Source: Dimargaris cristalligena (lineage: Eukaryota). From it: 53,636 bases of DNA. Numbering within the stretch: position 1 is the stretch's first letter; each line of letters opens with the position of its first letter. The notes beneath the pieces were generated by a model. It was given only the letters and a program-made list of their open reading frames with translations, did not search any database and was not told the origin of the DNA. The stretch covers positions 1 to 53,636 of the forward strand of contig ML002265.1 in the NCBI GenBank assembly GCA_003614675.1, in the 5' to 3' direction. Both the position numbers and the translations under genes were made by a program. Below are positions 36,588-49,847 of the stretch, piece after piece.

Positions 36588-39383
36588 ATGGCTCTGCGTT
36601 CCCGTGTCCGTTCCGTCACTAGCCTCCTTAAACCCATTAGCACTATGGGTAACCAGCAAAGCTCCAACCTCCCCGCCTACTACAACGCTGACCCGACCAA
36701 CGAGGCCACTTTCCATGCGCTATCCAAGTACACCGGTAGGTCCCACTATGCTCTCCACCCCATCCTTCTTCATCTACAACCTAGTTGTCCCCTGGTCTCG
36801 ATATCCGGTTTAACTAAACCGCCCCAATCACTTCAACCATATTTTGCCCTGCATCTCCCCGCATTACGAGCTCAGACCTGGCCTCCAACCAACTCGGCAG
36901 TGAAATCGTTAGTGTTAGTGACGAGTTTTTCGCCGCCGCCCAGAACCTCCTGAAGCCCGGGCCGTCGGTTCAGGATAAGACCCGCGTTACTGGTAAGTTC
37001 CCCATATGGATGGCCGTGGGAAGCCCCCTTATATATATATATTGGTAGACCCTTCTTTCAGCACTGATTAATTCATCAAGACCCGATATCTCTCTCTCTA
37101 CTGATTCTTTTCCTGCCTGTTTACAGACCAGGGCGCCTGGTACGATGGCTGGGAAACTCGCCGTCACAATCACGCACACGACTGGTAAGTGCTTCTCTCT
37201 TCTTACTATTATTTTCCGCCGACTGATTTTATCCCGATTGGGCATGCTGCCGACCCGCGCGTTACATGTGATGACTTTCATTTTGTACTTATGGGTCCCC
37301 TCCTGATCCAAGAGATGGATATAATATTTAACTCCGGCGTTATCCACCCCATCCCTCGTATGATTATTTTCTGCGGCGGCCTCCTCCCCTGCCTAATCGT
37401 TCAGGGTAATCATTAAGCTGGGCTTCTCCGGCTGCATCGCCGGATTCGATATAGATACCGCCCACTTTAATGGCAATCACGCCCCGGTGGCCTCGGTGGA
37501 CGCCTGTTATGTGTCTGAGGACGCTGGCCCTAATCCGGAATACAAGGTAAGCACATTTGCCTTAAGTGGCATTCCCTCTCTCTCACTCTCTCACACACTA
37601 TCTCTTGCGGAATGAGTGCCCCTCCTAACCACTGGGTATTACTTGGGCTTCTGCATCCTAATGCACTGGCCTGTTCTATTGCCATCATATTATTCACCAT
37701 TGGTTAAATCATTATCGGTACTTTCTTCTTTGCTGGACACGTTCCTTAGTGGGAGAATATTCTGCCCAAGGTTGACCTAGGCCCCTCCGCCCGTCATTTA
37801 CTGGCTCTCTGGAATCCCCCGGCCGCCATTTTCAGTCATGTCCGACTGAACATCTTTCCTGACGGCGGCGTGGTAAGCAAACACCCATCGATATCCCGAT
37901 TTAATACACATACCGAGGTTTGCTTTTATCCGATCCCCTTCTTATCACGATCTACTCATCATTTATTTTTTCATTATACCTTGATACATGGTCCTCTGCA
38001 TTCCTGCATTAATAGGCTCGGTTCCGTGTCTACGGCAATGTGAAGCCCAAGTGGTCGCTTATCAGGTAAGGATTGCATTGCCCCTCGATGGCTTACTATA
38101 CTGATCCAACTCGATTAAGGACGCCCCGGCAAAACGCCAGTATATCCTTTTCTGCTCCCCACTAGGAGGCTGCATATTCGAACATATATCCTTATCGTAT
38201 CTAAACGCGCTGTATGCCTTTCTATATCCTAATTAAGCATCACCCCTTATAGCATTGACGAGGATATTGACCTGGCCAATGTGGGCAGTGGTGGCCGAGC
38301 TGTGGCCTGCAGTGATAGTCACTTTAGGTAAGTCTATCCGATAAAGTCGTAGAATGGAAACCAACTTTGCCCCCACTATTCGTACCATCTCATGATATAC
38401 CGGCTACTATCCGTTTACTTCGATTAAACGATTGTCGACCATCACATGGCACAAATGCCGTCAGATTGAATGCCGGCATGCATACGGCCTCTTTAACTAA
38501 CTCGTTACGCTTATTTACCCTCCCCCCTTATCCTTTAATCGTCGCACCCATCAGCTCAATGAACAACCTCATCCTGCCGGGCCGCGGCAAAGTCATGATG
38601 GACGGCTGGGAAACCCGGCGCTCGCGGACTCCCAACCATTCCGACTGGGTTACCATCAAGCTGGGGGCCACCGGCTACCTGGACAAGGCCGAAATCGACA
38701 CGTACCAGTTTAAAGGCAACTTCCCCGAGGCAGCCACCCTCCAGGCCTGCTACAGTTTGGAAGAGAACCCCGATGATGACCCCGATTGTTTCTGGTTCCA
38801 AATCCTGGCCAAGACCCGTTTGGAAGCCGACCGGGTGCACTTCGTGACCCTGAACCTGGCTAACCAGCCTTTTACCCACGTCAAACTCACCATTTATCCC
38901 GATGGCGGCGTCAAACGGCTCCGGGTGTACGGGCGGCACTGTACCGACCAGGAAATCAAGATCCGTCTGCCCGTGGGAGCGTCCACTAAGTCGCCAAGTC
39001 AATCCGCCAATCACCAGCCACCCAAGGCACCGGTGACCAAGCCCCGGGAAACTCCTACCAATGGGCATAACGCCGTGGCTGCCACTACTAATGGTAGCGG
39101 GAACGTAGAAATGGTCCTGACCACCACCGAATTTAGCATCGAACGCACGATGGTCAACAACGGGGACCAGGCCACCACCACCACCACCACCACCCAGTCT
39201 TCGACCAGCCACGGTAAGAAGGCCCGCGCCCGTGCCCGTGAAGAGGACGACCACCATAACAACAACGACCAGGATGAAGCCGAGTCGCCCCGGTCCTCAA
39301 CCCACTCGGCCACCGGATCTCTAAAGCGCCCTAAAAAGTCCAAGCAGCGGTCTCGCAATGGGAGTCTGTCCAAGACCCAGTAG
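36588..39383 (+). CDS. DAL2: Allantoicase, 8 exons, with a low-complexity C-terminal extension; alternative start at 36645
   Basis: Two allantoicase repeats assembled over GT-AG introns: SDEFFAAAQNLL, YDGWETRRHN, IDTAHFNGN, NIFPDGGVARFRVYG, DGWETRRSR, IYPDGGVKRLRVYG. Confidence 0.92.
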
Positions 39384-40325
39384 TTTTGGTGCTGCACGCT
39401 CCTATACTTGTCTCATTATATAGACATCCATCTATATATAACTATCAATTCGCCAGGCACCTTGAATTATCCGTTGCCTAATCGACCCGGGCATTCCTTT
39501 TTAGTTATCGCGTAGTAGTCTATTGTAGTTTATATAGTTTTTTAATTACCCCTATTTCAAGTCGGTCTTTCCAGGGTCGTTTCGAATAGCGAACGAGCTG
39601 ATGGATGATGGTTCTTCTGGACCATATGTCTTCTCTGAGCCAGCATGGCGATTTGTTATACGTGATTGATCATTGTGAAGCGACCCTGTTTGCCCGCTCT
39701 ATATACTGTTATTACTTCCGATAAACATGTTTTACAATTACTAATTTATGTGAAGTGGGGTATGGCCGGGGTTACTATTTCCAAGAACTATTGGGATAAT
39801 ATAACGAGCTATTTGAGGAGGAAGAGCCTCCTTACTAGCTATTGGAGTTTCTGAGAGTAACCTTCACGAATCCAGCCTATTGTTTAGTTTGTTTCTCTCT
39901 CTCCCCTACTGCTTAGTCCATTCAAAGTAGCAGCACCATTAAGCGAATCGGTGCACATTACACAGTTTCCCTCCCAGCCTAGCTTATTCCCTATTTAAGC
40001 CTGCTCTCCGGCTCTTTAGGATATTTTGGTTCCACTTTGGTTAGCCACTTCAGCGCCTCGAAATAATAAATACCGCGGCTTGTTATTGATTATACTGACT
40101 CAAACCCCTCCTATCGCCTCTATTTACTCAACCCTTCCAAAACCCATTGTCGACTCCGAGTAGTGGTTGAGACCACCACTGCCCAGCTCTGTCCTATTTC
40201 AACTTACATTCCACACCCCCGTCCTTTCATTCCCCCGCGTTGCTCTCCTAACCCTTACACACATATATATACACATCCCCCTTCCTCCATTCTCGGCCAA
40301 CCCTAGCCACCGCCCTCCGCCTCCC

Positions 40326-42459
40326 ATGGACATTACCCGCGACAACTTCGAAATCCACTTGGACTACATCCAAGAGTCTATCTCCGAGGCCAGTTTTATT
40401 GCCATCGATGCTGAATTCTCGGGGTTACACGTCGGTGCTGAAACCAAAGACGCGCCCAACGACACCCATGAGGACCGGTACCTCAAGAACCGGCGCATGG
40501 CCGAAGCTTACGACATTATCCAGTTCGGTCTCACCACCTTTATCTACCGGCCCGAGACCAGCACCACCACTACTACTGACAATTCCCCGGGGGTAGAGGA
40601 CTCCATGACCCTGCACCGGCTCCGAACGTCGTTCCAGCTGGCCCCAAAGACCAGTTATGTGGACCCCGAAGAACCCCACCACCCGGCTTATTATGAGGCC
40701 CGGACGTTTAATTTTTACCTGTTTCCCACCACCGTATCCGTCGGACGGGCCCACCTTGACGTGATGGGATCGTTCCAGAATTCCGCCCTGGATTTCCTGG
40801 CCCGTTCGAAATTCGACTTCAATAAATGGATCACGGCCGGCATACCGTACATGAATCCGGCCCAAGTGGTCGAGTGTCGGTCGCGGCGGCAGGAGGAACT
40901 CCATAATGGACTGCCGGATATTCCGGTGGACGATAAGAGTGAACAATTCTACAGGCATTTAGAGTAAGTCACGAGAGGAACCGTCCGGTGCAACCCTTGT
41001 TCGGGTCGAAGGGTAGCTGAAACAGGCCAATCCGTCTCCTCCCTATCTATATATATATATATGTGACCCAATAGATGGCCCCACGATTTATGCTATATAC
41101 AAGTATACTCAGGTTGATCAATCGATACCTTTTTATTTGTTCCATGACCTTGGCTTTATCTATCCTCCGCCACTCTAGCCGTAAACTGAAGAAATGGGCT
41201 TCTAACCCAAGCGCCCCTTTGAAATTAACCGTCTCCAGTAATTACCAGAGGCGCTTAATTCACCAACACGTTCGAAGGTAAGCCTGGCCGAGTCTTATTT
41301 TTGTCCATGGTGGAGTGATTAACCATGGGTTCAGATACCGGTTGTTGCCCTCGTTTCTAAAGTCCCAACATCGTCAATGGGCTCCCCTTTGTAGGAGTAC
41401 CGGCTGCGTACATCATCAATACCGGTGCTAATGAACCCCCCCCTCTACACCCGTACCTCTTACCCAACCTATACTATTATACAACAAACTAGCCTAGGAC
41501 CGCGGTTCGTATCCAAGTCCTATGGGAATCATGTCCAAGTCACCTGTATTTCGAGCGAGCAAGCCAAAACCCGGAAAATGCAGCGCATCACCGAATTCGA
41601 AAACAATCTCAAGCGGGCCGAAGGGTTTTCCCAGGTCATTAAGATGCTCATCCGGGCCCGCAAACCACTCATTGGCCACAATATGTTTCTGGATCTCTGT
41701 CACTTGTACGACCAGTTCTGGGAGCGCCTACCACCCACCCTAGTCGAATTCCAGCGGGCCATCCATAAGCTGTTCCCCCGGATTTGGGACACGAAGAACA
41801 TGGCCGAGGAAATCTTCAATTACGGCGGTGGGGATGGCACCCATCACCAACTGGAGACAAAACTGGAGGACCTTTACCGGGATAACCGCCACGTGAAATG
41901 GGACTACCCCTACGTACGCCTCCACAATGAATTCAATCGCTACGAGTCCGACAAATTCCACGAGGCCGGCTTCGATTCGTTGATCACGGGGATTGTCTTT
42001 GCCCGTCTGCACCGCAGGTGGATGGAGGATATGGACCCCGGCTTGGAAGATCTGACCTACGAGATTAATTTCACCGATATCGACCTTATCAATATGGGCA
42101 ATGCCGTACCCATGTATCAAATGAAGGAACGTCAACTACACCTCGATGCCCCAGCCTGTAAGTCGCTTACTATACCCCAACTGGTTTTCTTGGCTATATT
42201 ACAAAGTGTCTATCGCACACCATTATCGGACATGCGACTAGTTATGCTTATGGGTTTATACTTATATATATATATATTATATCTTCCGACATTTCAATCA
42301 CCATGGCTTTTTCACATCTATCTAGTACGCGATCAAGCCGCTGCTTATCGGCGGAAGATCCGGACTAACGGCCTCGACTCTGACGATTATGATGAAGGCA
42401 CCCCCGTAGAGGATATTGCTATTGGGATGCTTTCCAGTTGGATTGGCAGGCCCTACTAG
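40326..42459 (+). CDS. PARN-like CAF1-family (DEDDh) ribonuclease, copy 1, catalytically intact; exons 40326-40963, 41179-41277, 41493-42157, 42326-42459
   Basis: MDITRDNF, IAIDAEFSG, FDFNKWI..GIPY, R3H motif QRRLIHQ, GHNMFLDL, WDTK, HEAGFDS. Confidence 0.92.
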
Positions 42460-43582
42460 ACCCAGTCCCTATTTACTTTGGTGCGTGGAAAAGAGAGCCT
42501 TCCTTTACACTTTGGCTAGATGTTCCTACTTTTACCTAAGGATCCAACCCCCGACTGATCGCCCTGCCGTCGGTATGTACGTCATTTAAGTCGTATGCTT
42601 CAGTTCTATCTATGTTTTACAAAAATTCTATTATTTTCGATACTCCTACACTTTTTGGATGTTCAACCTCTTATATTATTCTTGAATCCCCATATCATCC
42701 TATAGTATGCATGTACAACAGTTGTATCGTTCCCTCTATACTACTCAGGCTTGTATATTATGTCTTAAACAAAAACTGGTTTGCTTAGTGTATTTTTCAG
42801 ATTTATATAATAAATATCATAGTTCGAGTTTAGACTAAACCTTTCACTATATTTGACAATACTTACTAAGAAATGGGTTTAATTCATACCGAATGTAGCA
42901 ATGCGAAATATACTACTCCATTTAAATAATGACATGGTATACTTGACTAGATTGCGATGGCGAAGGAAGCAAGTAACTAAAGACAAGAATACCCACAGGA
43001 ATATGGATGGGTAGATAAAATATTGTGGTGTTCTGTATGGCACTTACTGAATGGCTTCCCCAACCCATTGAACAGGCAATGTTGATTTACTACCACGATT
43101 TTCTTAAATTAACATCCTCTCATTTATCCCGTTACCACTGTAACCACGACCCTTGATAACACCATGCCAGACCCCACCATTGTAGGCTTCTAAATACCGC
43201 CCAGTGTATATCGGCTATACAACACCTGTTCACTGTGGAGTTCTATCAGTAGACATACCCTTGTTCCCCCCCATTCAGCTCTGAACTCCCCCCAGCTTGA
43301 ATCGCGTCCATTTGGCATCCCATGGGTAAAATTGGAGATGTGCATTCCCAGATTCCTCAACCCGTGTACTCTACTTTTTTAAACCTTCCAATTAGTTCCG
43401 CATGCCTTCAATTGAGGCAAGCCCGGCGTTTTATCCACCCTCGTCCCCCTCATTCTCACTCCCCTTAGCTTATTCTATTTCCATTTTCCCCTTCGCCTTG
43501 AATCCACACACCTACGCCTCCATTGGCCCAGGGTGCAACCCTCGGTGAGACTCCTTCCCCCCCATTCTCCTCCCGCCCTTCC

Positions 43583-46000
43583 ATGGACATAACCCGTTTG
43601 AATTTCGAGTCCCAACTGGGCTATATCCAACAAACCATCACCGACGCCTCCTTTATCGCCATCGACGCCGAATTCTCCGGGGACAGCCTTGACCATGTCC
43701 CCCGGGACGACCCGGACGACACTCCCGAAGTCCGCTACCACAAATGCCGGCGGCTAGCCGAAACGTTCGATATTGTCCGGTTTGGCCTCACCGCGTTCGT
43801 TTGGCGACCGGCCCACCATTCGGCTGGGCGGGGGGGTAGTAGCAAGGGGGAAAAGGGGTTGGAGGCTTCCATAGCCCTGCCACCTTCTCCTCCTCCTCTA
43901 GTACCATCGAACCAGAAGAGGTTTGGTTCAGTGAGCCGTAATGCTTCTTCCCCAATTAAAGGAAACGGGGGAGACCACCACGTAAGCGACGTGGAAGACT
44001 ATTACGAGGCTCATTCGTTTAATTTTTACCTATTTCCGACGACCCAGTCCGTCGGTCGGGCCCACTTGGACGTGGTCGGGAATTTCCAGAATTCGGCCAT
44101 GGATCGGTTGGCCAAGGCCCGGTTCGACTTCAACACGTGGGTTAACCACGGGATTCCCTACATGAATTCCCCACAGGCTAAAGAATGCCGTCGGTTACGT
44201 CACTTGGAAATTCGGGAGCCCCGGCCCGATATTCCGGTGGACGAAAAGAATCGGGCGTTTTACCAGGATATATGGTGAGTACGATGTATTTTGAAATATA
44301 CCTCTAGTTAATTAGATATCCGATCTATGCGGAATAGAGGCACCCATGGTGCAACGGTGCTATCAGGCAGTTCATTCCTGAGTATGAGGTGCCACATTAG
44401 GTGCCATAGCCGGCGCTCTTGGGTATGCTCCTTGGAATTGAAGGTAACTTGGGCGATACCTTACTTTCCCGAATTTTAACTCATCACATTACTGTTATGC
44501 TTCCGAACTCCATGTATGTTAAATGTAATTACCCAATTTTACGAGAGCAGCGCTCAACTAACCAAGTGGATGGGCACAGACACGCCATTTTTGCGGATCC
44601 CGGTGGCCAATAACTACCAACGGCGTCTAGTTCATCAAACAGTACGGGGGTGAGTTTTCATTGGCATTTTCTTAAATCTGCATAGCCATTTAGCAGTTTT
44701 TAAGGGGCAAATAGGAAAATACCATCCAATACACCATTCTTGGGGCAATGGCCGCATACACATAGCCCTTTACTAATACGTGCCTCTCGACCCGTTCACC
44801 AATCGCCTGTATCTCCGTTTGCCCCCGGCCCACCACCAGATTTGGTCCCCGCTACTTTTCGCAGTCCTTCCCGAATTGCATTCAAATAGGCCATGAAACG
44901 ACCGCCCAGGCCCAAAAGCGCAAGAAACGACTCATCCAGGAATTCGAAGCCAACCTCAAAAAAGCCCGGGGGTTTTCCCGGGTTATCCGGATGCTGCGCA
45001 AAGCCGCCAAACCGATCATCGGCCACGACCTTTTCCCCACCCTGGTACACCTGTACGACCAATTCTGTACCCACCTACCACCGACCTTGACGGCTTTTAA
45101 AAAAGCGCTTCATCGGCAATTCCCGCACATGTGGGATACTCGGAATATAGCGGAAGCCTTGACGGATGGGCGGGCGGCGGCCGACTTTGATTGTACGCTC
45201 GAAGGTCTGTACACCGCCGCCGCCGTCGACGCTGACACCGACTGTACCGGGCTCCGCCGGGATGCGACCGCCTACCCGGTGATCCACCGCGTGCACCACG
45301 GTCCTCCTCCGGCGGACTGCGATCGTTTGGGTCCGGCGGGCGTTAATTCGTTGGCCGCTGGGATAGTATTTGCTCGCCTCCATGGCGCTTTGCACGAACG
45401 CAACCGAGTATCCGCTCCCCCGGGGGATAAAGCGCTCCCGATTGCCTTTGGGGAGGACGTCCTGCGGCCGTTTGCTAGCCAGTTACACATGGGCCAGATG
45501 AAAGTCAACCGGCTATGCGTGAACGATCCCATTGGTAAGTTTTTTTAAAATTTGATGGTGTACTCTATTCGGCCTTTGTTTGCTGAGTTGTCTGTTTTGG
45601 TCTAAGATGTGACATTGTCGGCATTGGCGTTCTACCGGTAACTACTTGGGCTGTGGCTACCATTTAACTCTATATTTGCCAACTGGATCTGGCGACTGCT
45701 ATAATACTGGGCCGGGGTCACTATATCTATTTTTCCTTGTTTTATATTATGCATCCAGTGGTTTTATCACGCACCGTCCGGCGTTTGGCCACATGGAACG
45801 AGTACCTTCGCTGGGGTCCGCGCCCGGCCACGATGGGAACCATCACCCAGCGCACTTTTCCTTATCAACTCTTTGAGCGCTATTTGGCAACTGTCGGGGA
45901 TACCGAGCGTGAGGGCGATCATAATGATCATGCAACGGATAGTGATCAGGATGACGGCGATGTCCATCATGCTGATGATGGACTTGGTGGAGACGTATAG
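43583..46000 (+). CDS. PARN-like paralog, copy 2, predicted catalytically inactive; exons 43583-44274, 44551-44649, 44840-45534, 45759-46000
   Basis: MDITRLNF, IAIDAEFSG, QRRLVHQ and the same three intron positions and phases as copy 1. It carries GHDLFPTL and GPAGVNS in place of GHNMFLDL and HEAGFDS. Confidence 0.87.
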
Positions 46001-46717
46001 GCCAGGTGCCATGGGCTACAAAAATCACCCAATACTTGGCCCCGGGCGTCGCATCAGCTAGTAACACCAAAATCGACCGTTTTATGAATATGAACTTACC
46101 ACTGGGGTTCCAGAAATCAACACAACCAACCTTGTAGCGAAGATACACCCTCTCGACTCATTCTTCTTGGCTGGAGGCTGTCTCGTGTGTTCACCAATTT
46201 ATTCTTGATCGATTAGACCCACACGCCAATGCCAACGGTTGCGCTCGCATGCGATATGGATCGACACGTTTAGCCCATTCCACCCTATTTACAGCGACGA
46301 ATCTCTATATCTTATATTGCTCTATTCGTTGTGATTTGAGTAGTATAATCCGTGTATTTTGCGGCCGTTGATGAATAATTCGCGATGGCGAACTGCCTTA
46401 AACTACCAAATAACTATTTAACTATGCTCTCGAATTTCTTACGGGATCTTTGAGAAACTTTCTGTAATAATATGTACTCTAATCAGCGCTCCTATTGGTT
46501 TCCACAGACAAAAATAAGACATTGTTATTAATTGATGTGTGATGCGATGGGGAAGTCAGAAGATGCTAGGAAAAGATAAACTGGATATTGTAAATTAAAT
46601 CGAAAATAATCATAATTCTTGGAGCCACCCTTTTTGAATAGCAGGAATGCCTAATGTGGATATATATATACCAATTACCCGAAGAGAAGAGTGGGTGCGG
46701 TAGCCATCCCGGCCTCG

Positions 46718-48091
46718 TTAATTAGTAGGGGGCAGTACCCCCCCTAAGTGTAACCATCCGAATACTAAAGGTACCCCAAAACAGGCCAGGTAACCAATGC
46801 CGGCGTAGTTCAACATGCGGGTCAGGTTGTGCAAATCGAATGCGTAGTTGAGTTGAATTGGGAGTGTTGAGGGCACGGACGGTTGTTGCCGATCGGCAGG
46901 CGAAGCCAGCGGGGTCAGAAATTTGAGCACCGTGGTCAATAGGGGCAGGGCGGTTATTTTCCAAACCACCAGGATAGTAAGGCCCAGGATGATGCGGACC
47001 AAAGTCCAAAACAGCCCCAGGGTCCGAAAGTCGTAGGGCACGGTGGCCAAGTACGGACTGGATACGGATTGGGGATGGTCGGCGTAACTCCAAGTACCAA
47101 TGGCGATGCCCACCAACACTCCCAGGGAGGCAAAACTATCCTGGTAGCAGAGGCAGGGGCCGATGGCCACGGGAAAAATGTAGGTGGCTACCCAGACCAG
47201 GGCCACAGTTACCCAAGGGACCGAGTAGTGGTGGCTCACCAAGTAGGCGTCAATATAGGGCATACCGAGATAAACCACAAGCCACCAGGTAGCCCCCACT
47301 AATAACCCCCCCACCACGTCGGTTAAGCTATGCATGCCGCAATAGAGCCGGCCGGCGGAGATACTGGTGGCCAACAGGGTGATTAGGATTACAGAGACCC
47401 ACTGCCAGTTGGAAATGATCGCGTAGGTTACGGTGGGGGAAGTGGCCGTAATAGAAGTGATCTGGAGAGTCTGCTCAAGCAAGAATAGGGCCACGCTGAC
47501 CGAGTAAGTGGTATGGCTACTGGGAAACCCGTACTCGAAGCTGTGCGAAGTGGTCCACGTTAGCCGGTGCAGGGGTGGAGCCGGTGGACGGGGTAGACAG
47601 AGCCAGTCTTTGATCATGCTGGATAGGTAGATGCCCCCCAGAATCAACAGGACCAGGGTTCGGGCAAAGTAGGACCACCCGAGCCAGAAGAGGAGGGGTA
47701 GGAACAGTAGAAAGAAATTGTGGTTGCCCAGCAGAGAAGTGAGGATAAAGTAAAGATCCCGGTAATGGCTCGGTGAACGAACAGAAGGGGTGCGGCCGGC
47801 GCTGGGTTTTTTGGGCGAAGTTGGATCCTGCTTCTTCGCACATGGATCGAGGTCGCCGCGAGCATCATAGCCGGCGTGGCCGCGCAGGGCGGTTTGTATC
47901 CGGACTAGTAAGGGCGTCTCCGACTGAACGAGGAGGAGTAGAGTCGCGCGACAAGCCGCGCGCCAGGAACCCACATATTGCGGGGCCAGGGTATCGTTAT
48001 TAGTCGGGGGCTCGTTGGGGCCGGGTTTACCCGTGAGCACGGACGTGGGGGCGACATCCGCGCTCGGTTCGGGGGGTTGGGTAATGGTCAT
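46718..48091 (-). CDS. LCB3: Long-chain base (sphingosine)-1-phosphate phosphatase, PAP2 family, 457 aa
   Basis: KDWLCLPRP, EYGFPSSH, GRLYCGMHSLTDVVGG, multiple TM helices. Confidence 0.9.
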   Translation of the reverse strand: MTITQPPEPSADVAPTSVLTGKPGPNEPPTNNDTLAPQYVGSWRAACRATLLLLVQSETPLLVRIQTALRGHAGYDARGDLDPCAKKQDPTSPKKPSAGRTPSVRSPSHYRDLYFILTSLLGNHNFFLLFLPLLFWLGWSYFARTLVLLILGGIYLSSMIKDWLCLPRPPAPPLHRLTWTTSHSFEYGFPSSHTTYSVSVALFLLEQTLQITSITATSPTVTYAIISNWQWVSVILITLLATSISAGRLYCGMHSLTDVVGGLLVGATWWLVVYLGMPYIDAYLVSHHYSVPWVTVALVWVATYIFPVAIGPCLCYQDSFASLGVLVGIAIGTWSYADHPQSVSSPYLATVPYDFRTLGLFWTLVRIILGLTILVVWKITALPLLTTVLKFLTPLASPADRQQPSVPSTLPIQLNYAFDLHNLTRMLNYAGIGYLACFGVPLVFGWLHLGGVLPPTN

Positions 48092-49847
48092 GGGCTAGAT
48101 GGTCGGGCCGGGGAGGAGGGGCTCTTCTCTTAGTTCTCGGTATGCAATAGCCTTTGGGTAATGGGAATGGTGGCTATTGAAAGGAATAGGCCAATTCGAA
48201 TTAGGTTTAGGGTAAAGAGGGTGTATATAACTCGACACGTAAAGACCGCCACGGACGTAGGTAGAGGAGACATGCCCTTCGTTACACGGCAGAAGGCAAG
48301 GAGAGTAACAAGGAGACGCTAAAAGCTCGGGCGGGTATGTGTACTGGATGGAAATGGTGTGAGTCCGCAGAAGCACTCTTTTTTTGCTAGCAAGCACCTC
48401 TTGAAAGGGAAAACCTCAGAAATACTCGCTCGCCCCCCTTGTCTACCTCTCTGGCCAAGCTTTGGCCAAGCAGAAAGCATAGGAGGGCTTGCTGAAAACG
48501 CAAAGCATTGGTTACTACTGTGAATGGTAATCGATTTGGACAGTAAACAGAACGCCACACATGGGTTAGATTCCTCACCACAAATTAGCGCTGTTACATG
48601 GTATTATTGAATCGGGCAAAACGAGCTATGTAGGCCGTCGTATATTATATATATATATATATATATAGTTCTCATAAAAGAAATGGCCGACAATCATACA
48701 TCCATGTCTTAGTGCTGTCCTGATTAGCACACCTATTATTGGTGTCCTAATATAATGTCGCCCACCTCGGCCTAATATACCACATGTGGGGGGACATTTG
48801 ATTCCGGCATTGGGCGGCTTGCTTGCACTCAAGTCCATCTCCAATTAAAGTATAGAAAGATGGGGGGGTGGAAAATTACCCACAGCTAGAAGGATATATA
48901 TAGTATTTATGAGGCATTGTTTACCACGCCTTGGTGCCACCTAATTGGAATTATACATTTCTTAAGCCTTTCTCCAATCTAGCTGACGGGGCAAAAGTCT
49001 GCGCTGTTGTAATGATGAGCTCATGTTAAAGGACAGGCAGCAGAAGAGATAAACCAGATTGGGCATCTTCTGGAAGATGGTGTTTGCGTTGCTGGACAAT
49101 GGCGGGGTTATTTTATATTAGGGTTTGCGCTAACTTAAAACACTATGGGAGAATATGTGAAATAATTTGGGGGTCAATCGGATACCATTTCGCTGGTGGT
49201 CAAAAATCATTTTTTCTAGGCATATATATATATATCCTCTCGTTGGTAGTGTGGTTCGAAATGGACCAGGAAAATCACAATATCCTTCCTTAATAAAGAG
49301 TAAGTTACCTTCCTCCCATTGCCATTTCTAAAGAAATATGCCAATTCCTTCCACCTTATGATTCCTTCAGTATTATAAGGCAAATGTGCCAAATTCGCGG
49401 CCTAAGAACCTCTTTGTTTATCATTCCCGTCAGTTCCGAGTAACCAGCTGACCTCTCCCCTCACCGACACGGGCAATTCCCCCCCCCAGGCTGGCCCATT
49501 CCCAATCCCCTCCTACTCAACCTGCCCTTTTAACCTCGCCTTCACCTTTCCTGTTTAATTAACCCTTCTTAGAAAGCCCATTGTTGGCGATTCACCACCA
49601 CTTACCTACTTACTATAATTCCTGCTGGTTTGGCCCCAAACTCTACCTAACCTAAACCCCTTCTGGACCGATAAATACCTACTATACGCCCTACCCAACC
49701 CAGTCTATTTTTTTATTCCCCCTCCCTGCTACCAGTGGCCCGGCCCCGCTTGCTATACACCTCCCCACTTGCGCGGCTGTCCTTACTTATATCTCTATCT
49801 TCTTCCCTCCTCCACAACCGACTGGCCCCAGTCTACATGCACCGACC

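Noticed and set aside
38140-38195. ATATCCTT motifs resembling U12-type 5' splice sites inside an allantoicase intron
   Set aside because: The exons already join in frame via GT-AG; no matching U12 branch point or AC acceptor.
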